Made by a program: the position numbers and the translations under genes | Virus record (IMG/VR): IMGVR_UViG_3300027777_000034 | Location: 1 to 64,000 of that record | Length of the DNA stretch: 64,000 nucleotides | Direction: 5' to 3' (one strand) | From: a virus | Shown: positions 35,712-44,103 of the stretch, in pieces | Layout: the number at the start of each line of letters is the position of its first letter | Position numbering within the stretch: position 1 is the first letter of the stretch | The notes under the pieces: generated by a model | What the model saw: the letters and a program-made list of their open reading frames with translations, nothing else | Told to the model about the DNA's origin: nothing | The model's database searches: none

Positions 35712-36776
35712 ATGGACATAAATCTCAGTTGCCCAATAAATCAACTTGGTTATGGTGTTGTTGGTTTAAACATTTTTTTAAATTTACAAAAAAATCACAA
35801 TGTGGCACTATGGCCGATTGGGCCAGTAGATTGCGAAGAATCGAAACATGATGCGTTAAGAGCATCTATTGAAAAAACAAAAACATTTAATTACACAGCA
35901 CCAAGTTTAAAAATATGGCATCAGTTTGATATGGCATCTCATGTTGGAAACGGAAAAAAATTTGGTTTAACTTTTTTTGAAACAAATAAAATAAAAGAAA
36001 ATGAAGTTCATCATTTAAAATTTTTAGAAAAAGTGTTTGTTACATCTTCTTGGGCAAAAGATGTTCTTATAAATTCTGGTTTGGAAAGTTCAAAAGTTAT
36101 AGTTGTAAAACTTGGTGTAGATAAAATAGTATTTCCAGAATCTAAAATCGATGATAAAAAAACAACCAAAATAGTTTGTGTTGGTAAATGGGAGATAAGA
36201 AAAGGTCATGATCTTATTATAGATATTATAGAAAGAACCTTTGATAAAGATGATGATTTTAAACTTGTGATGTGCTGTTCTAATCCATTTTTATCAGATG
36301 AAGAACAAAATCACTGGATTTCTTTTTTTGAAAAAAGTAAGTATTTTGACAAAATAATTGTTTTAAAAGAAAGATTAAAATCTCAAACAGATGTTAACAG
36401 ATTAATGCATGGTTCTGATGTTGGAATATTCCCATATCGTGCAGAAGCTTGGAATTTAGAACTTTCTGAAATGTTGTCTATGGGTAAACATTGCATTGCT
36501 ACAAACTATTCTGGCCCAACAGAGTTTGCTAATGATGCTGGTGCAATTTTAATTAATCCAGAAGGCATGGAAAATGCTTATGATGGAAAATGGTTTGATG
36601 GTTCAGCAGAATGGGCTAAACTTGGAAAAAAATATGTGGAAGAATTTTCTTCTGCGTTAAGAAGTATTCATGAACAAAAACAAAAAGGCAACTTAAAAAT
36701 AAACTCTAAAGGTATAAGTTATTTTAATGAAAACACTTGGGAAAAATCTTGTGAAACGATAGTGGGTGAATTATGA
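35712..36776 (+). CDS. GT4 glycosyltransferase
   Basis: LGYG, FET, KWEIRKG, PYRAEAWNLELSE. Confidence 0.85.
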   Translation: MDINLSCPINQLGYGVVGLNIFLNLQKNHNVALWPIGPVDCEESKHDALRASIEKTKTFNYTAPSLKIWHQFDMASHVGNGKKFGLTFFETNKIKENEVHHLKFLEKVFVTSSWAKDVLINSGLESSKVIVVKLGVDKIVFPESKIDDKKTTKIVCVGKWEIRKGHDLIIDIIERTFDKDDDFKLVMCCSNPFLSDEEQNHWISFFEKSKYFDKIIVLKERLKSQTDVNRLMHGSDVGIFPYRAEAWNLELSEMLSMGKHCIATNYSGPTEFANDAGAILINPEGMENAYDGKWFDGSAEWAKLGKKYVEEFSSALRSIHEQKQKGNLKINSKGISYFNENTWEKSCETIVGEL

Positions 36777-37171
36777 ATTTGACAATATCATTTTTAATAT
36801 GCAGAACAGACGAAGGTAAAGAACCATCAATTTTATTTTTAAAAAATGAAAATGGTAATTATGAATTGCCAAGTTTTCAAATGAAAGACGATGAGTATGA
36901 TGTTGATGAATTTGTTGGCAGAACATTTAAATCAATCACTGGTGTTCAAGCTATAGATAAAAAAGGTTTCGGCTGGATTAATTTATTTTTGTCTGGAACC
37001 ATAGTTTCAAATAAAAAATACAGTTTTGTTTATATGTGCAATCTTCCAAATATTGTAAACACAGAAGGTTATGAATCTATTAAAATGAGTTCTATTCTTG
37101 AATCAGAAAATTTTGAAGAAGATTACATATCTCAGGTTATTCACTGTTTTAACAACCTATATATTAGATAA
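36773..37171 (+). CDS. hypothetical protein, degenerate NUDIX-like fold
   Basis: ILFLK...YELP...R.F..ITG. Confidence 0.5.
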   Translation: MNLTISFLICRTDEGKEPSILFLKNENGNYELPSFQMKDDEYDVDEFVGRTFKSITGVQAIDKKGFGWINLFLSGTIVSNKKYSFVYMCNLPNIVNTEGYESIKMSSILESENFEEDYISQVIHCFNNLYIR

Positions 37172-37172
37172 T

Positions 37173-37481
37173 ATGAAAAATATAAAAATAATTTTTGATG
37201 TAAATTCAAGTGATGTTATAACAACTTTTGTATTTCCAGAAATAATAGACAAAGAAGAGAAATCTGTTTTATCTGAAAAAACAGCATCTTTTCTTTCTTC
37301 TTTGCAAACTGGAAATATGATGACATCAATAATACATGGTGTTGTTGAAGGTGGAATTATTTCTGACGATAAAAGTTTATCTGATTTAATAATTAAAAAA
37401 ATGCTTTCTAATTTTTTAGTTACATCAGATGAAAAACCATTGGTTCTTCCAAGTGAAGCATTTGTTTTTAAGGAAAAATAA
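37173..37481 (+). CDS. hypothetical protein
   Basis: tightly packed ORF. Confidence 0.55.
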   Translation: MKNIKIIFDVNSSDVITTFVFPEIIDKEEKSVLSEKTASFLSSLQTGNMMTSIIHGVVEGGIISDDKSLSDLIIKKMLSNFLVTSDEKPLVLPSEAFVFKEK

Positions 37482-38284
37482 TGACAATTGAAGCAAAGAT
37501 AATTTCAGATTCTATATCTATTCATGATAAAAGAATAACTACTATGGTTATTAAATATCCAAGGTTTATACATTCTGAGTTTATGACACATAGAATTTTT
37601 TCCAGAAATGCCAGTAGTAGCCGAGCTATACCAGTTGATAAAATGATTGATGATATTAAAGAAGATATGGCAAAACCAAGCGTTTGGGCAAAAAATCAAA
37701 AGGGAATGTCATCTGGCGAAAGATTAGAACACAATAAAGAAGTAATGTGTAATCATGTTTGGGAAGAAGCAGCAGATTTTGTTATGAAAAAATGTGCATT
37801 ATTAAAAGAACTTGGTGTTCACAAAAGTATAGCCAATAGAATATTAGAGCCATTTTCGCACATAACAACAATTGTTACTTCTACAGAATGGGATAACTTT
37901 TTTAAATTACGGATAAGTCCTGATGCACAACCAGAAATATGTGAATTAGCAACAAAAATGAAATTTGTATTAGATGAATCAATTCCTAAGATTAAAAACT
38001 TTGGTGATTGGCACATTCCATTTGGCGATGCTTATGTAGATGACGGTATACCAATAGAAAAAATGCTTAAAATAAGCGTGGCTCGTTGTGCTAGAGTTAG
38101 CTATCTTAATTTTGAAGGCAAAATAGACAATGAAAAAGATTATGATCTTCACGATAGACTTATGAATGAAGGTCATTGGAGTCCTTTTGAACATTGTGCT
38201 ACTCCTACATCATCTGATATTTACAGTGGAAACTTTTTAGGTTGGTTACAATATAGAAAATTTGCGGATAGAAAGAATGATTAA
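37481..38284 (+). CDS. thyX: FAD-dependent thymidylate synthase
   Basis: EFMTHRIFSRNASSSRAIP, AQPEI, ARCARVSY, HWSPFEH. Confidence 0.9.
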   Translation: MTIEAKIISDSISIHDKRITTMVIKYPRFIHSEFMTHRIFSRNASSSRAIPVDKMIDDIKEDMAKPSVWAKNQKGMSSGERLEHNKEVMCNHVWEEAADFVMKKCALLKELGVHKSIANRILEPFSHITTIVTSTEWDNFFKLRISPDAQPEICELATKMKFVLDESIPKIKNFGDWHIPFGDAYVDDGIPIEKMLKISVARCARVSYLNFEGKIDNEKDYDLHDRLMNEGHWSPFEHCATPTSSDIYSGNFLGWLQYRKFADRKND

Positions 38285-38849
38285 AAAAATACAATGGTTA
38301 AAATGGGAAGATCCACTTACACCAAATAAAGAAGACATTGACCTTGAAACAAAATCTCACAAAGACAGTTTTAAAGAATTTGATGATTCTGAAGAAAGAC
38401 ATGTTAGATTAGTTGTCGGTCCTTATGGTCTTTTACCATTAAATGAAAATGCTGTAACAGCAAAACTTTATAAGCTTTGGGTTGGTCATTGTAATTTTGA
38501 AATAACTGATACGGTTAAAGAAAAAATAGAATCTGTTGCTGGAGTAGAAGTTTTACGAATATGGACAAGATATAGATTTTGGTTAGGTGTAGCAAATCTT
38601 TTTGATGACTCAGATGTTCAAAGTAATATTGAAAATCTTTTAACTGAAGAAAAAGAATTAAAGAATAAAAATATTGCACTTAAAGCTTTGATAAAAGTTT
38701 TAAAAAATAAATATAAATTTTGGGCAGTTTTTTTAGAAAAGAATGGCGAATTAAAAACTGTTGGCAGTGAAAATATTGAAGATGTAAAAAAAGAAACAGA
38801 ATTGAATAAAAATTTAAACATATTAGCTTGCAGTTGGAAAAATGATTGA
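38277..38849 (+). CDS. hypothetical protein
   Basis: W.KWEDP...WVGHCNF.IT...GVE..RYRF. Confidence 0.65.
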   Translation: MIKKIQWLKWEDPLTPNKEDIDLETKSHKDSFKEFDDSEERHVRLVVGPYGLLPLNENAVTAKLYKLWVGHCNFEITDTVKEKIESVAGVEVLRIWTRYRFWLGVANLFDDSDVQSNIENLLTEEKELKNKNIALKALIKVLKNKYKFWAVFLEKNGELKTVGSENIEDVKKETELNKNLNILACSWKND

Positions 38850-38888
38850 TATATTATATTTATCCATTACTCAAAAGGAGATTTCGCT

Positions 38889-39149
38889 ATGTCTGATGTT
38901 GTAAAAAGTTTTAATCCTGATCAAGTTGCAAAGTCTGTAGCTATTATTGTGTCTACCTTAAAGTGGGTTTCCACAATTATTCCTGGCGATGCAGATGATA
39001 AAGTAGTTGCTCAAATTGTTAAAATTGCTGAAGAACCTTGGTTTGTTACCGCTTTGACTTTTTTGATCAATAAATTTGAAGGCGATATTAGTAAAATAAA
39101 AGCTGAAGATTTTATCCTCGCTGCTAGAACTGCTCAAGGCAAATATTAA
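38889..39149 (+). CDS. small hydrophobic protein (holin-like candidate)
   Basis: AAGGAG SD; amphipathic/hydrophobic helices, IPG..DD. Confidence 0.55.
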   Translation: MSDVVKSFNPDQVAKSVAIIVSTLKWVSTIIPGDADDKVVAQIVKIAEEPWFVTALTFLINKFEGDISKIKAEDFILAARTAQGKY

Positions 39150-39185
39150 TATTGATTTTTTGTATAAACCATATAGGAAATAAAC

Positions 39186-39965
39186 ATGTTTAATAAATCA
39201 TTGCTTTTTTTATTAGTTTTTTGCAATTTTACTTTTGCAGAAAATTTTGTAATTCCAGAACAAAAAATTGTTGGAGCAGAGGTTCCTATTCCATTGGGTG
39301 AGCTTGTAGATTTGTCTATAAGCCCAATTCAATCTACGCCAAAGTTTTTAGTTTCAACTACATATTCATGGAAAGTTTTTGATGGTTACATAGAAAAAAG
39401 AATTCGCAATTATGAAAATGGTGTTTTCTTTGGTTCTGGTATACAAGCAAAAAAACTTAAGGTTATTGTTTCAATAACTCATTTATATGTAGTTAAAGAC
39501 AATGAAAAACTTTTAGAGGCTGCTACTAGAACTAATTTTATTTCAACAGATGTTTTTATTGGCGAACAAGAGCCTGACACTCCACCAGAGCCAGAGATTG
39601 AACCAGAATTTGGAGAATCAAAGTATCAACTTTCTAAATTTATCTATGAAAATGTTAAGCTTTTAAAAATATCAAAATCAGATAAAGCAAAACAATCTGC
39701 TGCTATTGCAACATCTTTTGATAGTATGGCTGCTGCTATTGCTGCCGGAACAATTTCAACACTTGAAGACATACTAAAAAAGACAGCAGAATCAAATAAA
39801 TTAGCATTAACAAAATCTGGTGGGGATAGAACAAAATGGGAACCATTGTTTACAGAAATACAAGAAAAACTTTTTGACTTGTATAAAACTAATAAGATGC
39901 AAACTAAAGAAGATTTTGCTATTGCGTGGAGAGAAATATCATCTGGACTTAAATTAATAAAATAG
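39186..39965 (+). CDS. secreted protein (beta domain, Pro-rich linker, helical domain)
   Basis: signal peptide ending TFA; EPDTPPEPEIEPE. Confidence 0.7.
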   Translation: MFNKSLLFLLVFCNFTFAENFVIPEQKIVGAEVPIPLGELVDLSISPIQSTPKFLVSTTYSWKVFDGYIEKRIRNYENGVFFGSGIQAKKLKVIVSITHLYVVKDNEKLLEAATRTNFISTDVFIGEQEPDTPPEPEIEPEFGESKYQLSKFIYENVKLLKISKSDKAKQSAAIATSFDSMAAAIAAGTISTLEDILKKTAESNKLALTKSGGDRTKWEPLFTEIQEKLFDLYKTNKMQTKEDFAIAWREISSGLKLIK

Positions 39966-39972
39966 GTGAAAC

Positions 39973-40896
39973 ATGTCTGAATTATCAAAGCTTAATGGTT
40001 GGGCAGGAAAAGACAATCCTTCACTTGTTGAAAGTGAATTTAATTTAATTAAAGATGGTGGATCATTTAGAGACTTTAATGTTTATGGTAAAAGCCAAGA
40101 CACTAAAGGCAAAAAAATGATGTTATATGAAGTTGTTCGTAAGGTTCTTGGTAAAGATACAGAAAATTATGAACAGCAGATTGGTGATTGTGTAAGTTTT
40201 GGTGCTAAAAATGCTGTTGAGTATTTAATGGCTACTGAAAAACTTATGAAAGGTGATCACGAAAAATTTGAATCTGTTTTTCCACCATATCTTTATGGAA
40301 CAGGAAGAGTTTTAATTGGGCGTGGACAACTTCAAGGCGATGATGGTTCTCTTGGTAGTTGGATGGCAGATGCTGTTATTAAATATGGTGTTTTGCGTAG
40401 TGATTTTGATGGTGTTCCTAAATATGCTGGAGCCGTAGCTAAAAAATGGGGAGATAAACCAGGACCAGATAAAAAATTTATTGAAGAAGGAACTAAGCAC
40501 CCAGTAAAGTCGGCTGCTCAAATTAAAAGTTGGGATCAATTGGTTGAAGCTATTGTGAATGGATATCCTTGCACAACCGCTAGTGATGTAGGTTATGAAA
40601 TGGAAGCAGAGTCTGATGGATTTCATAGCCAGACAGACAATTGGGGCCACCAAATGTGTTTTATAGGCGTTGATGATAGAGCTAAAGATCCATATGCAAT
40701 CATTGTTAATAGTTGGGGCGATGCTCATGGTCATCTTAAAGATTTTGATACTGGCGAAAATCTACCCATAGGTGTTCTTAGAGTTAGAAAGAAAGATGCT
40801 GAAAAGCATATTCGGGCTGGAGAAACTTTTGCATATAGTAATTTTGATGGTTTTCCAGAACAGTTGATAGATAAAAAATTATTCATGCTTATTTAA
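39973..40896 (+). CDS. papain-like (C1-type) cysteine peptidase
   Basis: QQIGDCVSFG, WGHQM, VNSWG. Confidence 0.8.
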   Translation: MSELSKLNGWAGKDNPSLVESEFNLIKDGGSFRDFNVYGKSQDTKGKKMMLYEVVRKVLGKDTENYEQQIGDCVSFGAKNAVEYLMATEKLMKGDHEKFESVFPPYLYGTGRVLIGRGQLQGDDGSLGSWMADAVIKYGVLRSDFDGVPKYAGAVAKKWGDKPGPDKKFIEEGTKHPVKSAAQIKSWDQLVEAIVNGYPCTTASDVGYEMEAESDGFHSQTDNWGHQMCFIGVDDRAKDPYAIIVNSWGDAHGHLKDFDTGENLPIGVLRVRKKDAEKHIRAGETFAYSNFDGFPEQLIDKKLFMLI

Positions 40897-40907
40897 GGAA
40901 ATTTTAT

Positions 40908-41531
40908 ATGATAGATAGATCTGAAGGTTTGCAATATGGTAAACCAGACAAAAATGACCCAAGGAAAACTCCAGCAAAACCAGAAGATCAAAAAAAGGGT
41001 TCTAAAAAAAACCCAAAAGACTCTGCAAATAAGCCAAATAAAAGCACAAAAAAATCTTCGGCAGCTTACTTAAACGAAGAAGTTGATTATTCTGAGTTTT
41101 TAAATTCTATTAAAGATATAATTGTAAAAAGCAAAGAAAAAAGTAAGGCTTTTTTAGATATTAAAAAATATTTTACTAAATCTGCTGAAAGTTATGATGC
41201 ACCAGAATCTGCCAGAAATAACGCAAGAAAAGTTTTAGAATGGAAAGATAAATATGGAAAAGAATGTAAAGGTATGACCGCTGTAGGTTGGGCCAGAGCT
41301 AGAGACTTGGCTGGAAATGCTATGTTATCTGCTGACACAGTAAAAAGAATGGCTCAATTTAATAGACATGGATCTAATTACGAAAAAGCAAAATCTAAAC
41401 CAGAATATAAAACTAAACCTTGGAGTATTCCAGCGGTGGTTGCATGGTTGGGTTGGGGTGGTACATCTGGTATTGAATGGGCAATAAGAACAAGTCAATC
41501 TATTATAAATAATAAAAACAGCAAAAGATAA
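40908..41531 (+). CDS. hypothetical phage protein
   Basis: basic N-terminus; TAVGWARARDL...TVKRM...AWLGWGG. Confidence 0.65.
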   Translation: MIDRSEGLQYGKPDKNDPRKTPAKPEDQKKGSKKNPKDSANKPNKSTKKSSAAYLNEEVDYSEFLNSIKDIIVKSKEKSKAFLDIKKYFTKSAESYDAPESARNNARKVLEWKDKYGKECKGMTAVGWARARDLAGNAMLSADTVKRMAQFNRHGSNYEKAKSKPEYKTKPWSIPAVVAWLGWGGTSGIEWAIRTSQSIINNKNSKR

Positions 41532-41539
41532 ATATTTTT

Positions 41540-42496
41540 ATGAATAAGATTTTAAATTTCAATAAGTCTAATAATGTTCAAATGTTATTTGATGGCAAAT
41601 GGCATGAAACAACCGATTCATTTTCTTGCACAAAAATGGATAGGACTGAAGATATTAAATTTTCTCCAAGTGGAAAAAAGCTGGCAATAGCATCATACAC
41701 ATTGGGTTCAATTTTTATTTTTGATATTTATATTGATGGAAACAACATATCAGTATCAGATTATTATGAAGTAAAATGTAACGACTATAAAAGTTTTCAT
41801 GGCGTAGATTGGATAAATGAAAATGTTATTATTATTAGTTCAAGATCTAGTTTTTTGTGCCCTATCGTAAAATTACCATTAAAAAATCCAAATCGTATTA
41901 TTAAATTAAAGCCTGTTAAAATAATAGAAAATTATATGACTGGATCAAGTGCGGTAAAAGTTTTAAATTTAGATGATAACTTAGTAGAATTGTTTTTTTC
42001 TAGCAGTTCTTTAAATATAGTATCTAAACACATATTAAATAAAAATACTTTTGAAATAATTGAAGAAAATATAATTTTAGAAAAACTAAGTTGCCCTGAT
42101 GCAATAAATATTAGCAATGATAAAAAATGGATAGCTATTAGTAATCACAATAAAAGCAATGTTCTTATTTATAAAAATGAAAACATTAATAAAAATAGTG
42201 TTCCAAGTGCAATTTTAAGATCTGAAAATTTAATATTTCCTCATGGTTTGTGCTTTTACAACAATAGTTTATTTTTAACAGATGCTGGTAGCAATAACAT
42301 TTTTGTTTTTAAAAACATTAATGGTGATTGGTGTGGAGATATTAATGCTGAATTTAGCATAGAGCCAATGAGCATTGAAGATTACAATATTTCAAAAATA
42401 AACCCTAAAGAGGGCGGTGCTAAAGGATTAGACATTTTTGGAAACATATTGGCTATCACTAGCGGTAATTGTCCATTAACCTTTTTTAGTTTATAA
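41540..42496 (+). CDS. beta-propeller protein
   Basis: DIKFSPSGKKLAIA, PDAINISNDKKWIAIS, PHGLCF. Confidence 0.7.
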   Translation: MNKILNFNKSNNVQMLFDGKWHETTDSFSCTKMDRTEDIKFSPSGKKLAIASYTLGSIFIFDIYIDGNNISVSDYYEVKCNDYKSFHGVDWINENVIIISSRSSFLCPIVKLPLKNPNRIIKLKPVKIIENYMTGSSAVKVLNLDDNLVELFFSSSSLNIVSKHILNKNTFEIIEENIILEKLSCPDAINISNDKKWIAISNHNKSNVLIYKNENINKNSVPSAILRSENLIFPHGLCFYNNSLFLTDAGSNNIFVFKNINGDWCGDINAEFSIEPMSIEDYNISKINPKEGGAKGLDIFGNILAITSGNCPLTFFSL

Positions 42497-42664
42497 AAAA
42501 TAAATTATGTTAAGCTTAATACTTTTTTTGTTGTTTGATCAAACTATAAGCAAAGAACAATTTGTGCTAATAGAGAAAGATTCTATTTCATTTTCTAAGC
42601 TTATAAATCAATTACCAAAATCAAAAGTGTTCTTACCAGTAATCATAAATGCAAATCAAGAAGA

Positions 42665-43039
42665 ATGTTTTACTTGACGGAGAAGAAAATAATGCGGTCG
42701 CATAATAAAATAGAATTAATTTTACAAAAATCAGAAAAAATAAAACATTATGATGCTATTGGAATCATAACTATTATTATGTTGGTCGGATTTATAGTTG
42801 ATGGAATTACAATACTTAAATTTTGCACTTCTAAAAAAGGTGTTGCTTTAATAATTAAAAATGGTGGTCCTTTAGTAAGAATGTTTATAAGAAGAAATTT
42901 ATACAACAAAATAATTAAAGCAAATGTTTCAGCAGAACACGCTAAGATTATATCTGATACAATAGTCGAATTGATGCAATCTTTGTCTGTTGATGAAATA
43001 GTTTCACTTTTGGATATGGTTTATAATGAGAATAGTTAA
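42665..43039 (+). CDS. membrane protein
   Basis: TM helix IGIITIIMLVGFIV. Confidence 0.55.
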   Translation: MFYLTEKKIMRSHNKIELILQKSEKIKHYDAIGIITIIMLVGFIVDGITILKFCTSKKGVALIIKNGGPLVRMFIRRNLYNKIIKANVSAEHAKIISDTIVELMQSLSVDEIVSLLDMVYNENS

Positions 43040-43916
43040 AGCTACATATGGTCCAAAAGATGTAACAGAGCATATGCAAAATTGTTTTAAAAATGAAAAA
43101 ATAAATATTTGTGTTTCTAATGATATTTTTGGTGATACAAATCACGGTTTTTTAAAAAAACTAATTGTTGAATTTGATGATGGATCTAAATTAGAAACAA
43201 ATGAAAATGAACTTTTAATTTATCCAAAAATATTAAGTGAAAGAATTGGAATTTTTTACACAAACAATGATGATAAAAGAAAAGAAAAAGCACTTCATGC
43301 TAGTTTAGAAAGTTTAAAAATTGCATCAAAAGAAATGAATAATATAATTACATGCGTATGGAACAAAATACCAAACAATCCCTTTTGTGAAATAGTTTCT
43401 CAAGTTAAAAACAGCAATCATTTAAATCAAATTTTGCAAATTTTACAATTGCTTTATTTTTTAAGAAGAAATGCAAAAAATATAAAATACATAAGTTTTT
43501 TAGAGCATGACTGCCTTTATCCAGAAAATTATTTTGAATATGATGATTTTGAATGTGATTCTATTTCAAACACTAATTATATAGGATTATGTTCTTTTGG
43601 TTGGCAACCTAATCATGGTGCAGTAAGACCAACATCTCAGGTAACTATGAAATTTGATAGTGCTATTAAACATTTTGAAAACATATTTCCAAATGCGTTA
43701 TTGGAAAATAGTGGCAGTTTAGAGCCTTGGTATTCAAAAGCACAAAGTTTTAAATATATCAATTGGAAAAACAAAGACTGGGTTTGTAAAAACCCTTCTG
43801 TTCATATAAATCATGGTTATGCATTTACATCACATTTTGAAACTTTTGAAAAAATATTTTCTGAATCAAATGAATATTGGGGAGATTTTTCAGAATACGC
43901 TTATCTTTTTTCTTAA
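43026..43916 (+). CDS. lectin-like N-terminus plus GT-A-like domain
   Basis: ATYG..DVT...NDIFGD....KKL; FLEHDCLY. Confidence 0.6.
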   Translation: MRIVKATYGPKDVTEHMQNCFKNEKINICVSNDIFGDTNHGFLKKLIVEFDDGSKLETNENELLIYPKILSERIGIFYTNNDDKRKEKALHASLESLKIASKEMNNIITCVWNKIPNNPFCEIVSQVKNSNHLNQILQILQLLYFLRRNAKNIKYISFLEHDCLYPENYFEYDDFECDSISNTNYIGLCSFGWQPNHGAVRPTSQVTMKFDSAIKHFENIFPNALLENSGSLEPWYSKAQSFKYINWKNKDWVCKNPSVHINHGYAFTSHFETFEKIFSESNEYWGDFSEYAYLFS

Positions 43917-43990
43917 TTTTTCTACAAAAAACATTTGATTAAAAAGCACAAAATAGTCTTGCTACAATAAAAAAAATAAGTAAGATTTTG

Positions 43991-44103
43991 ATCTGTCTTA
44001 CCTACAATCATGGGTGTATTTATTTCCGCTGGTAATCGCCAGTATTACATTCCTTTAAAGTTCCGCTTATCCTTGCGATAGCAGGGCAGATGGAGTTTTT
44101 TTT
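43991..44103 (+). promoter_or_regulatory. structured 5' leader of the RNR gene
   Basis: alternative stems covering the GGAG SD; GGTGTATTTA motif at 44013. Confidence 0.45.

Noticed and set aside
43991-44103. Cobalamin riboswitch before nrdJ
   Set aside because: Too short, and no B12-box-like conserved sequences are recognisable
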